A stretch of 64,000 bases of DNA from positions 7,104,001 through 7,168,000 of the forward strand of contig OZ240241.1 in the NCBI GenBank assembly GCA_965198115.1, in the 5' to 3' direction. Positions within the stretch are counted from its first letter, which is position 1, and every line of letters starts with the position of its first letter. This document shows, one piece after another, positions 10,016 to 21,214 of this stretch. The notes under the pieces were generated by a model that had not been told where the DNA came from, made no database searches, and was given only the letters and a program-made list of their open reading frames with translations. The position numbers were made by a program, and so were the translations under genes. The DNA comes from Candidatus Latescibacterota bacterium. Its GTDB lineage: Bacteria; Latescibacterota; UBA2968.

Positions 10016-10681
10016 CTAAGACTCTCGATCAGAACGGCTTCGATGGGGGTGTCTGGCCAACCCCCAAAAACGGATGCCGCTCAATGGCTCCACATCCTCC
10101 GTCTCTACCACAAAACCGTGACGGGAGTAGAAGCTGATGTTTTGGGACTGGTCTGTCTCCAGGTAACAGGGGATGCAGTCCCGGTCGGACCGGTGAAGCA
10201 CCGGCTCGATCAACGCACTCCCGATACCACGCGACTGCGAACTTGGATCGACGCCGAGGATCATCAGATACCAGTGCGGATCCAGAACCTTGCGCTCCCT
10301 CACCGATTGCAGATAGCCGTGGTATCCGAACATCCGATCTGTCGTCTCCGCTCCGAGATCCGATGAAAGACCGGACAGCCCGGACACCTCCCAATACTCC
10401 GGATTGGGCAGATACGACGGGGGCAACCAAAGAGCCACACCGAGTATCTTGCCTGTGGTGGTCCACGCCTCACCTGACAAGAGTATGTATGCCGTAAATG
10501 CTCGGTATGCAGGGATCAGACGCGATTCCCGATCCTCGTCATCTGGCACCAGATACCGACACACCGGAGATGCCGTGAACGACCGGGCCAGGACCGCCGA
10601 AGCACCGTCGATCTGCGACGACAACAGCGGAGTCGGGGAAGCGGAGAGATCGTGCGCTGCTGAATGTATCCGCTCAGTCAC
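10016..10681 (-). CDS. GNAT-family N-acetyltransferase (resembles puromycin-acetyltransferase-like group)
   Basis: HWYLMILGVDPSSQSRGIGSAL acetyl-CoA motif, CYLET, N..FYSRHGF; GTG start at 10681 overlaps the PPTase stop. Confidence 0.88.
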   Translation of the reverse strand: MTERIHSAAHDLSASPTPLLSSQIDGASAVLARSFTASPVCRYLVPDDEDRESRLIPAYRAFTAYILLSGEAWTTTGKILGVALWLPPSYLPNPEYWEVSGLSGLSSDLGAETTDRMFGYHGYLQSVRERKVLDPHWYLMILGVDPSSQSRGIGSALIEPVLHRSDRDCIPCYLETDQSQNISFYSRHGFVVETEDVEPLSGIRFWGLARHPHRSRSDRES

Positions 10682-11471
10682 AAGCTCCCGATTCCTCCCC
10701 GTGCGACAGCCGTTTCCCCATCCAGGCGATCGCATCGGGCGTCCAGTCCCAGAAACGGATGTTCGCGATCGGGCTGTCTGTGACGAGGGCAGCCTTTATC
10801 CCCTGTCCGACGTCAATCTCTCGGAAGTACCAGCCTTCTGCTTCGCCGTGCCCCTCTACACTCGTGGATCGTTCAGACGAGATGGGCACCTCAAAAGACG
10901 AAAGAGGGTGATAGAGCCCTTTACCGATCGCCTTGACATAGGCCTCCTTCAACGTCCACATGCGGAAGAACAGATCATAGCGCCCCTCAGCTGCGTGTTC
11001 CCTGAACCGTTGAGATTCTCCCAGGGCGAAGTAGTGCTCGACAATGGAGCGGACGTCTACGCGGGTATCGACCGTCTCCACGTCGATCCCCAAACGAGTG
11101 CGACGGCTGAAGCCGATGAGGGAGGTCTCACCCGACTGAGTGGCGTTAAACCGCAAATCGCCGTAGTCACCTTGATTCCGGATTTCCGGCTTTCCGAATC
11201 CCCCTGTTTCGAACGCCACGGATTCCGGCCCCAGGCCTGTATAGATCGAAATCGTACACTTCAGAAACGCCCTTGAAAGACGTGACCGTCGACGATGTCG
11301 GTCGAACCGGTACCGCATCGCTCTTGCGATCTCCTCATCTGACAGAATCGAGATGAGGTCGCTCGACGCAGAATCGGGTAGTTGCAGCGGTGCTCTCCAA
11401 ACGTGTACTTCGCCGGGCGACAAGCCCGGGGCCATACGTGGCACCGGGCGCCACGCGTTCGATTTATCCAC
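10674..11471 (-). CDS. Sfp-type 4'-phosphopantetheinyl transferase
   Basis: LSDEEIARA, GKP, FNATQS, LGIDVE, WTLKEAYVKAIGKGL. Confidence 0.93.
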   Translation of the reverse strand: MDKSNAWRPVPRMAPGLSPGEVHVWRAPLQLPDSASSDLISILSDEEIARAMRYRFDRHRRRSRLSRAFLKCTISIYTGLGPESVAFETGGFGKPEIRNQGDYGDLRFNATQSGETSLIGFSRRTRLGIDVETVDTRVDVRSIVEHYFALGESQRFREHAAEGRYDLFFRMWTLKEAYVKAIGKGLYHPLSSFEVPISSERSTSVEGHGEAEGWYFREIDVGQGIKAALVTDSPIANIRFWDWTPDAIAWMGKRLSHGEESGACD

Positions 11472-11492
11472 TTTGCGCCCGTTTTCAGGAGA

Positions 11493-12749
11493 TCACTCCC
11501 GGATGGCTTCGAGAGGCCGATCCCGGACCCCAAGGAATCGACGAAAGTCTGTGTTCACCGACATGCCTGCCGCAAAGATGGCGGCACTCGCGCCACACAC
11601 CGGGTAGATCAATCCGACGTCGTTGTCGACCCAGTCTCCCATAACCCCCGTGACCGCAATGGCGACCGGCGACAAAGCGTTTGATGCTGTCCCCATGAGG
11701 CCGAAGATCCGCCCCCTGATGGCTGACGGGATCGAACGCTGCAACTCGGTGGTCAGGGTGAGGCTGACCATCCCGCCCATCGCCCCCAGAACGGTCAGAC
11801 CGCACAGAGCGGGCAAGGCTCCGCCAACGGTCACTAGAAGACCCATCCCCGTGGCTTGCAGAAACAGCAGGAGAAGGACGACGTTCGCCCTTGCCCCTTC
11901 CGGGACGAACTTCGCACCGGCCACCACATAGCCCACTGTCGCACCCAGACCGTTCGCCGTAACCAAGAATCCATACCACTCGGCCCCCAGTCCCAGGAAG
12001 TCCTCGACGTAAAATGGCAGAAGCATCACAATCGGCCAGACGAAGAAGTTCAGGGAAAGGGCGACGACGATGACTGCTTTCAGACATTTGTCCTCGCGGA
12101 TCATCCTGACACCCTCAAGGCCTTCTCGCCAGAAAACCCGTAGGCGGTCGGACCAACCCTCGAGGCCGTCAGGGAGGGTCTGCTTCGTGCGGATCATCAT
12201 TGCACTCAAGGCAGAGTAGACGTAGCTGATGGCGTTAAGTGCGAAGAGAGTCGTTGCGCCGAGAACACTGAACACGACGCCACCAACGCTCTGACCGGCT
12301 GACTTCGCAACGAACGAAGAGCCCTGATTAAACCCATTGGCTTTTTCGAGACTTTCGTCGGAGACCAGATCCGGCACGATTGCGGCCGTCGCCGCCCCGT
12401 AGAATGCGCCCACGACTGAAATGATGAGTGAGGTAGCGAGCCCCGCGACAATGACCACGTTCCCGGAATCCCCCTGCATGGAAACGATGCCGACGAGCAT
12501 CAGTACGGCAAGAGCTTTGGCCAGATCACCTATCACGATCGTTCGCTTTCGCGAATATCGATCGGCGACGATCCCGCCCAGTGGGCCCAGGATTAGTGAG
12601 GGTAAAGCCGACGACATCATGAACAGCCCCACGATCGTACTGGATTCCGTCGTGTGCTTCGCCCAGAGCACCAGGGCAATCGTGAAAGCATTCGACCCAA
12701 GCCGGCTAATGAATCGACCCTGGAGCAACAGCAGGAAATCACGACTCAT
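11493..12749 (-). CDS. MFS transporter (DHA3/macrolide-efflux-like)
   Basis: About 12 hydrophobic segments; GGIVADRYSRK motif A; IPSAIRGRIFG. Confidence 0.9.
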   Translation of the reverse strand: MSRDFLLLLQGRFISRLGSNAFTIALVLWAKHTTESSTIVGLFMMSSALPSLILGPLGGIVADRYSRKRTIVIGDLAKALAVLMLVGIVSMQGDSGNVVIVAGLATSLIISVVGAFYGAATAAIVPDLVSDESLEKANGFNQGSSFVAKSAGQSVGGVVFSVLGATTLFALNAISYVYSALSAMMIRTKQTLPDGLEGWSDRLRVFWREGLEGVRMIREDKCLKAVIVVALSLNFFVWPIVMLLPFYVEDFLGLGAEWYGFLVTANGLGATVGYVVAGAKFVPEGARANVVLLLLFLQATGMGLLVTVGGALPALCGLTVLGAMGGMVSLTLTTELQRSIPSAIRGRIFGLMGTASNALSPVAIAVTGVMGDWVDNDVGLIYPVCGASAAIFAAGMSVNTDFRRFLGVRDRPLEAIRE

Positions 12750-13615
12750 TGGATCTCGCGACGTGGATCATAAGTCGCCAGCCATGCCAAGACTTCCCTG
12801 CTGTTCTTGTCCACATCCTCGATGTAGCTATCGCTGACACCCGACTTTTCCAAAAACGCATCGAACTCAGTCTTCAGCGCGTCTCTGTCGGACCGGATGC
12901 AGGCCACAACACAACCAAGAAGTGTCCGCTGGACCTCCTGCCCCTTTGGCGAATCGCCCAAACCTCGAATGAGTGTTGCGGACATGCCCGACTCCTGTGT
13001 CACTGTCCGCCAGAAACCCAGGTTGAACAGCTTAAAATTGGCGGTGGCGAACTCGTCAAGAACCGATGGGGCGACGGAGAGCGACCGATAGAGCATTGAA
13101 ACCGAACGGAATACGGTGTGTGGAACCAACTGCAGAAAGCACATGAGCTCGTCGTGGCGGGACAAGCTCTCGAGCATTCGGATCTTCATGCCCGTGTAAA
13201 GACGCCTCGCGAACGCAACGGCTTGTTCGGAGTTGGACCCAATGGGAATAAGTAGGACGTTTTCGTAGTCCCAGGATTGTGGTTGGCAAAGCGGGTTCGA
13301 CGAGCAGACACTCGCACCTGACTCATCCAGATCTGTCAGGTAACCCTCGAGCGGTGCTTTTACGGAGCTGTTTTCCACGATGATCAGAGAACTGGTACGT
13401 TCGTGCCTCAGGACTTCCGCGTAGACGGCGTCAAGAGCTTCTTCCGGGAAGACGCTTATGTAAAGGGCGTCATATACCTCGAGAAGGTCGTTCAACGAGG
13501 CCGAGTTATGACACTCGGGGTCGCTGATCATAATTGAGTCCCCTTGATGCTCGAGGAGACGGCGAACTACGGATCCAATAGCCCCACTCCCCCCCACGAT
13601 CCCTACTCTTGCCAT
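12746..13615 (-). CDS. Prephenate-dehydrogenase-like oxidoreductase (PapC/CmlC-like by context)
   Basis: N-terminal GIVGGSGAIG Rossmann motif, ENSSVK, HDELMCFLQLVPH (TyrA-type HD..M...Q..PH); co-operonic with the ADC synthase-mutase fusion. Confidence 0.75.
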   Translation of the reverse strand: MARVGIVGGSGAIGSVVRRLLEHQGDSIMISDPECHNSASLNDLLEVYDALYISVFPEEALDAVYAEVLRHERTSSLIIVENSSVKAPLEGYLTDLDESGASVCSSNPLCQPQSWDYENVLLIPIGSNSEQAVAFARRLYTGMKIRMLESLSRHDELMCFLQLVPHTVFRSVSMLYRSLSVAPSVLDEFATANFKLFNLGFWRTVTQESGMSATLIRGLGDSPKGQEVQRTLLGCVVACIRSDRDALKTEFDAFLEKSGVSDSYIEDVDKNSREVLAWLATYDPRREIQ

Positions 13616-13878
13616 TCGCAAAACCCCCAACACACGCCCGGGTCAAATTCGAATCACGTGCTGTCCGTCGTCTCGCTCGACAAACTTGAGCTATGACTCG
13701 GCTCGTTGCAACGTTTGCATGTTATCAAAGCCTGCCGTTTGCCCAAACACACCCAATCTAGTTTCCAGTAAGTGCCTTACTATTCGCTCGCGGCGTTGCG
13801 TTGATCTGAAATCTGCTTATTCTAATTTCTGACAGGGGCATTCCACGCCAGCGTCCTTTCGGATGTTCGGCGAGGTAT

Positions 13879-15258
13879 GGAGGTCGAGTCAAGAGGTGTG
13901 TAAATAGATCAGGCGGCCAGCTTCTTCCCGGAGTCGATTGTGGTCATAGTTTGGTTGTGCTGTGCATAAACAACGTGTAACAGATGGGGTGCATTGAGTC
14001 GCCGGAAGCGTTTCTCGGCGACCATCAGTGTTCGCCAGATGAGAGCGCTTGCCGAGACGACCTTCTTGTAGCGTTTGGCGGCGTTGGTTCGTAACCGCAC
14101 GGATGCAAAGGGGCTCTCGACGATGTTGGTCGTTCTCAGGTGGCGCCAGTGTTCTTCTGGGAAATCGAAGAAGGTGAGCATCCTATCCCAATCCCGTTCG
14201 AGTGTTGCCACCGCCTTCGGGAACTCGTTGCGATATCGTGCGACGAACTGCTTGCGCAGCTTCTCCGCATCCTGACGCGTGCTGGCATAGGGAATCTGGA
14301 CGAGCAGTGCACGAGCTTGAGGCTGCTGACGTTTGTGGATCTGGTCCGGGACGTTGAGAATCTTGTGGTTCCAGCACCGCTGCTGACGGGTGTGCGGCCA
14401 GACCTGATCGACGGCAGACCAGATGCCCATATTGCCATCGGCCGCCATCAGAATGGGGTGATCCAAGCCGCGATCCCGTAGGTCTCTAAGGACAGCCAGC
14501 CAGGACTCGGTCGACTCGCGATACCCAGGCACCAGGCCCAGAACCTCTTTGCGGCCGTCACTCATGGCGCCGATCACGACAAGCAGACACGCCTTATCTT
14601 TCTCAAGTCCGGCTTTGACGTAGATCCCATCGGCCCAGGCATACACGAGCTCACGATCGTCCAGGCGTCGTTCCTGCCAGGTCTGGTAATCAACCTCCCA
14701 TTGACCGCGGAGGCGAGCAATCGACGAGGGGGAGAGCGGAGCCCCATCACCGAGAAGCCCTCGCAGGGCCAACTCGAAGTCGCCCTGAGACAGACCGTGG
14801 AGATAGAGCTCCGGGAGCAGTTCCCCCACCTCTCTCGTGCGCCGAGCGAACAACGGCAGAATCCTGCTCTCGAAGCGCTCCTCCAAACCGCGAACACGGG
14901 GCCGCTTGATCTGGATCGTGCCGCAAGAGGTCGACAATCGCCGCAGCTTCCCATAGCCGTTGCGATAACCGGATCCTGCATCTACGGCTTCTTTGCGCTC
15001 ATACCACCCGCGTCCGAGGAACTGGGTCACTTCCTCCTCAACGATGGACTGAATGCGAACCTCGATTTCCTTACGCAACCACCCCTCAAGGGTTTCCCAC
15101 GTCGGCATGGACAACGAGGGGGACTTCGACTTATGTTTTCCCACGGCGATCCTCCTTCCCACCGGGCCTGTGAACCCGGTATTTCGTGGATATTGTTATC
15201 TCACGGGAAGTGTAGGGTCGCCTTTTCTATTTTTCCACACCTATTGATTGTAGCTCTC
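13879..15258 (-). mobile_element. IS256-family insertion sequence
   Basis: Imperfect terminal inverted repeats (TCAAGAGGTGTGTAAA at about 13889-13904 vs TCAATAGGTGTGGAAA on the minus strand at about 15232-15247) around an intact transposase; truncates the Type III mod gene. Confidence 0.85.
13909..15162 (-). CDS. IS256-family transposase
   Basis: YRNGY, LYLHGLS, WADGIY, QRCWNHK, LRTTNIVES; 417 aa. Confidence 0.93.
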   Translation of the reverse strand: MGRRIAVGKHKSKSPSLSMPTWETLEGWLRKEIEVRIQSIVEEEVTQFLGRGWYERKEAVDAGSGYRNGYGKLRRLSTSCGTIQIKRPRVRGLEERFESRILPLFARRTREVGELLPELYLHGLSQGDFELALRGLLGDGAPLSPSSIARLRGQWEVDYQTWQERRLDDRELVYAWADGIYVKAGLEKDKACLLVVIGAMSDGRKEVLGLVPGYRESTESWLAVLRDLRDRGLDHPILMAADGNMGIWSAVDQVWPHTRQQRCWNHKILNVPDQIHKRQQPQARALLVQIPYASTRQDAEKLRKQFVARYRNEFPKAVATLERDWDRMLTFFDFPEEHWRHLRTTNIVESPFASVRLRTNAAKRYKKVVSASALIWRTLMVAEKRFRRLNAPHLLHVVYAQHNQTMTTIDSGKKLAA

Positions 15259-16021
15259 TCCAAAAATCTCATCCATCAATGCCCGAACGCGATGGACGTT
15301 TTCATCACCAATCTGCATGAAGATAGAAGCAGTGTCGGCAAGGAGATCGCGGGCAACTGTTAGGCGGTCTCGAAGATACGTGAGGTAGCTGTGGATACCA
15401 TAACGCCAAGTATCGCGGAAGGCTTTGACCTGCTCCGGTTCTCGGGTGATGTGGTCAACCCGACCGTCTTTCACATCCCGACTAGTGGTCGACCACTGAA
15501 AGTTGCTGTTGAACTTGATCCCGTACGGTGGGTCAACGAAGATACACTGTACCTTTCCCCGCAACCCTTCACGTTCCGCAAGGCTTGCCATAACCTGTAA
15601 CGAATCACCCAGGATCATGCGGTTGGACCAGTTCTGGTCGTGCTGGTAGAACTCGGTTCTGTCAACTCCCTTGGGAATACCGTTGAAGTCGGCGAAGAGG
15701 TTGGCCTGTGCTCCGGGGGGTCTCCGCTTGTGTTTCTTCCGTCTGCCGAAGGAGATCGTCGATCAACACCTTCGGATGAACCTTTTCCTGGATGTAGAGC
15801 GGCGGGGCGTGGACGACGAGGTCGCTCCAGTCCTGCTCATCCTTCCCACGCCAGACGAACTGGGGGTCGAGATCGGTGTTCCGTGGATACTTCACCGGCC
15901 GTGGCTCGGTATCGTCTGGTCGGAGCACGGACTGATGCTCGGCGGAGGGGATGTTCCTCCGCTTGGCCTCGTCGTGCGTGATCGTTTCGACGGTCTTGCG
16001 AGTGCCGCGCCTCTTGGCCAT
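15259..16021 (-). pseudogene. Type III R-M adenine methyltransferase (Mod), frameshifted and 3'-truncated by IS256
   Basis: ORFs 15662-16021 and 15241-15618: [49 protein letters not shown]. Confidence 0.88.
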
Positions 16022-16024
16022 AGC

Positions 16025-18712
16025 CTAGCTGTCCTCAGTCACCGAATGTGCGGTCGCGGTGTCGATTATCTTGTCGAACTTGTCTCCGACCTTCGCCGCA
16101 AAGTCGGTCTCGATCTCGTAGACCTCGGTGAACTCGGCGAAGGCCCAGTGTCCATACGTCTTGAGATTATTCACGCCGTGTACCCAGTAGGTATCCATCG
16201 TGGACTTCTTTCCCTTCGCGTCCTCGCGCCGGTAGCCCTTGATCTCGACGATCAGGCGCAGCAGGTCGTCCGAGCCGTGGCCGTCGTCCACCAAGACGAT
16301 GAAGTCAGGCAGATACTTTCGAACATCGGAGCCGTAGCGATACGGCACTTCGAGACCCAAGTTGTGGTTCTTCGTGTAGGCCACGACCTTCGGATGCGAC
16401 TCGGCGACACGGCAGAACTCGGCTTCCCAGTCGCTGTCGAGCACCACCCAGTTGACGTGGTTCTTGGGCGCTGGACCACTGGTGTCCCAGCGGTCCGCGC
16501 GGGACGTGTTGAATCTGACGTGGGCCGTGGAGCCGGTGGGATTGTAGGGGTCGAGCAGGGCTTTGATGGGGCGGTGGTCTTCCAGCGCGTTGGTGATGCC
16601 GGCGGTGATGCGGGTGCACGCCATATCGGCCAGCTCCTGATACATCAGCTGGGCAGGATAAGTGCCGCCCTTGCAGACGAGACAGGTGTCGAGCCACTGC
16701 TTCGTGATGCGTTTGAGCTGGCCGAACAGATAGAGCTTCGGCTCTTCCCCCGGATCGCGCCATTTCGTGTAGAGCAGGCGCTGGGTGACGTGGAACAGCA
16801 GCGTGGACGGCCGCATGTCTCCTAGATGCTCCAGGTTCAGGTCCACGCCTTCGCCGATGATGCCCGCATTCCGTGTAATGGACGGGCCAACCAGATCGGG
16901 GCTGAGTTCGAGAATGGAATCGGCACTGAAGGTGGCCGTGAGGCGCTCCTCGGGCAGTTCGACGCGGTAGCCTTCGACGCGAGGGAACTGGATTTCGAGG
17001 GCGTCTCGCTCCGGGCGCATGGCTTTGACCTGAACCGTCTCACGCGGCGGCTGCGGCGGGGCGATAACGGGCTTGGCCGTGAAGTCGAAGGGAATGCCGA
17101 AGATGTCTGCGTATTCGACGTTGAAGAGATTTTCGTCATTGAGGTCGTAGGATTGGCGGCGCAGCGCACGTCCGATAACCTGTTCGCAGAGGAGCTGGGT
17201 GCCAAAAGCGCGGATGCCGAGGACGTGGGTGACGGTGTTCGCATCCCAGCCTTCCGTCAGCATGGACACGGAGACGACACAGCGGATGGAGCCGCCGAGT
17301 TGTCCGTGCTTGCCCACGGTGTTCGTGACCTCACGCAGCAACTCCTGATCGCTGATGTTCTCCCCGGCACGGGCATCCCCGGTGCGTTCGATGATCTCGC
17401 GGCGGAAACGTGCAATCTCGTCGGCGGCCATGCCACGAAACTTGTCGTCGAGGGCGTCGCCGGCTTCTAGCTGCTCACTGTCGATCAGCAACGTGTTCGG
17501 ACGAGCGAGCGGATTCCCCGTGGTTTCGTCGAAATTGCGGAAGAGTGCCAGGCGACCGTTTTCCAGTGCGGTGGTCCCGTCGGCGTTCTTGCGTTGAAAA
17601 CCGGAGATGAAATCATAGACGAGCTTCGAGATGGCGGTGTTCTGGCAGACGATGATGAAGCAGGGTGGCACACGAATGCCCCCTGTCTTCCACAGCTTGA
17701 AGGTCTTCTCGTAATGCCCGTAGAGCGCCTCAAGAGCGGTTTGCAGTCGGGGAGGCAGTTTGAGGGGATCAAGCTCTCCGCCCTGGCCGCGCCCCTTCTT
17801 GGGCATCTCCTTGCGGATATTCTCCCAGAGGTTGCGATAAACGGGCATTTCGTCGCCGGGGATGTTCTGAGCCACCGGGACGCGCGGCAGTTTCACGATG
17901 CCGCACTCGATGGCGTCCATCAGCGAGAAGTCGCTCATCGTCCACGGGAAGAGCGTTCCCTCGGCATAGCCGGATCCGCGCAGGAAGAAGGGCGTGGCGG
18001 ACAGATCGATCACACGAGAGCGGCCGAGCTTACGATTCACGGCTTCGAGACCCGAGATCCAGAGGCGCCGCTTCGTTGTTCTTTTCGGCCAATTTTTTGT
18101 CATCGCCCTTCAGATGCGCATCGTCCGGCTCCGGTGGCTTCTCGCGGTAGCAATGGTGCGCCTCGTCGTTGAGCACGAGGATGTTCTTGATACCCATCAG
18201 ATCAGGCATGACACGCTGGAGCATCTGCCCTTCAGTTTCAGTGGTGTTCAGCTCGTCGCCGGTGCGGCCCTTGAGCAACGCGCGTCCGCCGGCAGACAGC
18301 TCGATGCGCTCGCGTAACTTGAAGGCGTGGTAGTTGGTGATGACGATCTTGGCGCGGTTCACGTCGTCGAGCAGGTCGTGCGGCACGAGTTCGCGGCTGG
18401 CGTAGTAGCTGTCCGGGTCGTTCGGCTGGAGGACGCGGAGCCGATTCTTGATGGTCAGGCCTGGAGCGACGACCAGGAAGCCTCGGGTGAAGTGTTTGCT
18501 GGCGGGATGGCGGACCGCGTTGACCGTTTGCCAGGCGATCAGCATGGCCATGACAGTTGTCTTGCCAGCCCCGGTGGCCAGTTTCAGCGCAAGGCGCATC
18601 AATTCGGGATTGGCGTCCTTGTTGGCTCTGGCCAAGTGGTCGAGCAATCGTTTGCCGCCCTTGAAGTGCGGCGCGACCTCGGTCAGCCAAATCGCGCTCT
18701 CGACGGCTTCTA
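16025..18712 (-). pseudogene. Type III restriction endonuclease/helicase (Res), 5'-truncated, one frameshift near 18060
   Basis: LATGAGKT, LNDEAHHCY, DLSATPF, MLTEGWD, EQVIGRALRR, C-terminal YLPDF..VEIKG nuclease; ORFs 18030-18647 and 16025-18103. Confidence 0.88.
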
Positions 18713-19120
18713 CCTACAAAAGAACGGGCGGATGCGGCCCCTTGTTGCAAGGTACTGACGTTCTCCAGTTCGAAATAGCCAGTATCCACCCCCCAGATAT
18801 CGTGCTCCGTTTCGCCTACTACCAAGCGGTCCCGTTCAACTTTGTTGTAACTGAAACGAGCGTTGAGGTTCAGCAATGGCCTGTTTTCAGGGTTCCCAAG
18901 TTCTGTCCTCAACCGAGGTGTCGGCTGGATCGAGATACGCACCGCCGCCGGTGGTCGTGCGAGCCGTGTAATTCTTATCCAAACCAACATAACTCAACTC
19001 GAGGCGCTGGCCGTCGTCAACATTGTAGACGCTTTTTAACAACAAATTAGCGTCTGTCGCCCCGGTCGAGCCCAAAAGTGCCTGCAAGTGATTAGCGACA
19101 ATTAGAACTCCCACCCTCAT
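18713..19120 (-). pseudogene. Possible internal fragment of an outer-membrane beta-barrel (TonB-dependent receptor-like)
   Basis: Alternating beta-strand-like pieces QRLELSY, LLNLNARFSYNKVERDR, FELENVST over two frames. Confidence 0.35.
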
Positions 19121-19609
19121 AGCCTCTCTGTCCTTGATCTTCCCGCCGTCCGAAATCGGTCCCGAGACGTAGATCCCTCTCTCACGTCGATGCGTGTAGA
19201 CCCCTTTCTGGGTGCGATGTTCGTAGTGTGAGACGTTCGGGGTGGTTTGATTATGGGCTCTGAGCGGGCTTAACTTTGCCCTTCTGTGCGGGTTTTCGAG
19301 GACCTCGACGAGGTTCCGAACCCAGAGGACGTCAAGACCGATCCTTGAGCCCGGTCCAGACTGCGGGATACCTCGCAGATCAAGTTACCGACCTCCGCAA
19401 GGAGCGAAGCGTCGCGAGAGCCACTACCTCATCAATTGGGCAATGTGACGCATGCTTTTCATCAGTGATGTCGTCAACAACTGCTGATACGGGGCTTCGG
19501 GAGCTTTTTCCGCATAGAGCCTCCACGGGTCATACTGACCTTGATATACCTAAATAGTACCGTAAATTTAAGAAATAAATTCACTCCTATTGAGTATAAG
19601 GGATATACC

Positions 19610-20188
19610 TATCCTGGAAGTCGACCTCCCACTTCCCTCGAAGACGAGCGATCGAGGTCGGCGAAAGCGGCGCGCCATCACCGAGCAGCGCACGCAAAGA
19701 CAACTCGAAGTCGCCCTGGGAGAGACCGTGGAGATAAAGGTCGGGAAGCAGATCTCCAATGGCCCTGGTTCTCCGGGCGAACAGGGGGAGGATGCGGCTT
19801 TCAAACCGCTCTTCCAGACCACGAACCCGGGGACGCCGGACCTTGATCGTTCCGCAGCTCGTCGAGAGACGCCGGGGCTTGCCGTAGCCGTTCCTGTAGC
19901 CCCTGGAGCTATCGACCTCGGCTCGGCGCTCATACCACGACCGGCCCAAAAACGCGGTCGCCTCCTCCTCCAGAATGGACTGGAACCGGCCCTGGATCTC
20001 TTCACGGATCCAATCGTCAACCGTCTCCCACGTCGGCATGGACTTCAATGGGGCTCTATGCGTATGTTCCTTCACGGCGATCCTCCTTCCCAACCGGGCC
20101 TCTCACCCGGTTTTATGTGAATCAACTATCTCACGGGAAGGGTAGGGTCGCCCTTTCTCTTTTTCCACACCTTTTGATTATAGCTCTC
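19610..20188 (-). mobile_element. Truncated second IS256-family element (left end and 5' part of transposase)
   Basis: Same terminal sequence TTTTCCACACC..TTGATT.TAGCTCTC as at 15231-15258; ORF 19587-20093 closely related to 13909-15162, breaking off after WEVDFQ. Confidence 0.85.
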
Positions 20189-20390
20189 TCAGCTCTTCAA
20201 CTTCCGCATCAGGAAAAACGGTAATGGACAGTGTGAAATCAGACATCAATAACTCGGTAGTCATCGTTGAGCCTCGGTATGTTATGTTTTTAGCCATCTC
20301 GTTCCTCCCGAGCCCGAAATGACCGGGAGGCTTCTATAGGATTGTATATAATCCCCCCCCCAAGAGTCAAATTCATGAAGGAGAGTCCGC

Positions 20391-20591
20391 ATGCAGTGCA
20401 TTTGTCCCGTCAAGGATTGCGGTGCGGTAATCAACGTTTCGCCATCGAACGATCCAGTCGTCACCCGATTGTGTCACAAGTGCGATTCCATTCTCAACAT
20501 CAGGATGGCTAACGGCAGGGCGTCCAGCATCGAGATCGAATTTTCCCCAAGCCAGGATTGGAAATCGGGCATAAGGACCAAGGGGACGTGA
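20391..20591 (+). CDS. Small cysteine-rich hypothetical protein (possible Zn ribbon)
   Basis: 66 aa, CxCxxxxC...CxxC; AAGGAG SD upstream; stop overlaps the next GTG. Confidence 0.5.
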   Translation: MQCICPVKDCGAVINVSPSNDPVVTRLCHKCDSILNIRMANGRASSIEIEFSPSQDWKSGIRTKGT

Positions 20592-20738
20592 AAAGGGCAA
20601 GCCTGCGCGAGGCGGTTCGCCGGTCGGCAGTACCCCCTGCGCCGGATCGAGGTCTTTTACGAAACGCCCCTGGGCAAGATCCTTCACGGCGACGCTCGCT
20701 GCTGGCTCTTCAACGGCGTTCCCGAGAAGTCGGTCGGG
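20588..20738 (+). pseudogene. N-terminal fragment of an N4/N6 DNA methyltransferase
   Basis: Translates (with a frameshift) to ...FYETPLGKILHGDARCWLFNGVPEKSV, a typical beta-class methylase start, then breaks off. Confidence 0.5.
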
Positions 20739-20761
20739 AACGGTGCTGGTAGTGGCAAAGA

Positions 20762-20795
20762 GAACCCCTTTTCTCGTGTGATGAGAGAGGGGTTC
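20762..20795. terminator. Stem-loop, possible intrinsic terminator
   Basis: GAACCCCTTTTCTC ... GAGAGAGGGGTTC inverted repeat. Confidence 0.4.
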
Positions 20796-21214
20796 GTTAT
20801 TGTAGACACTTTGGGATGTAGCTGCCAGGGCCGGCCTGGGGCGGCGTTGGAGCACCGATAACCGTCGTGGTCAGTCAGACTTCATTCTCAGAGATAATGA
20901 AAGAAGGCTCAGGCTGATTGCGTCAGGTCGGGAACGCATCTACGCGAATACGATTCTGGGCGCACGCGCGCCGCCCGCAAGGATCGACGCATCGCTCGGA
21001 AATCCCATCGTCACCTTCGCGATCCTCGGTTTCACGCGACTGGTGATCCGCTCAAAGCTCACGGAAGGAAGGCTCGAAATGACTCCGGTACAGAGTCTAC
21101 GTCACACGATATGGGAAGTAGCAAGCGCGGGGCAAGGAAACAAGCCGATTTGAGCGATCCTGCTCGACGAGAAAACGAAGGACCGAGCAAGTTCCACAGC
21201 GGGAGGTCAGAACG

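Noticed and set aside
1-13615. Identification as a chloramphenicol, pristinamycin or albicidin cluster
   Set aside because: Only the precursor logic or HtpG link is shared; no halogenase, N-oxygenase, beta-hydroxylase or multi-module NRPS is visible
13700-13730. Palindrome CGTTGCAACG upstream of the cluster as an operator
   Set aside because: Short, single occurrence and no cognate regulator in the window
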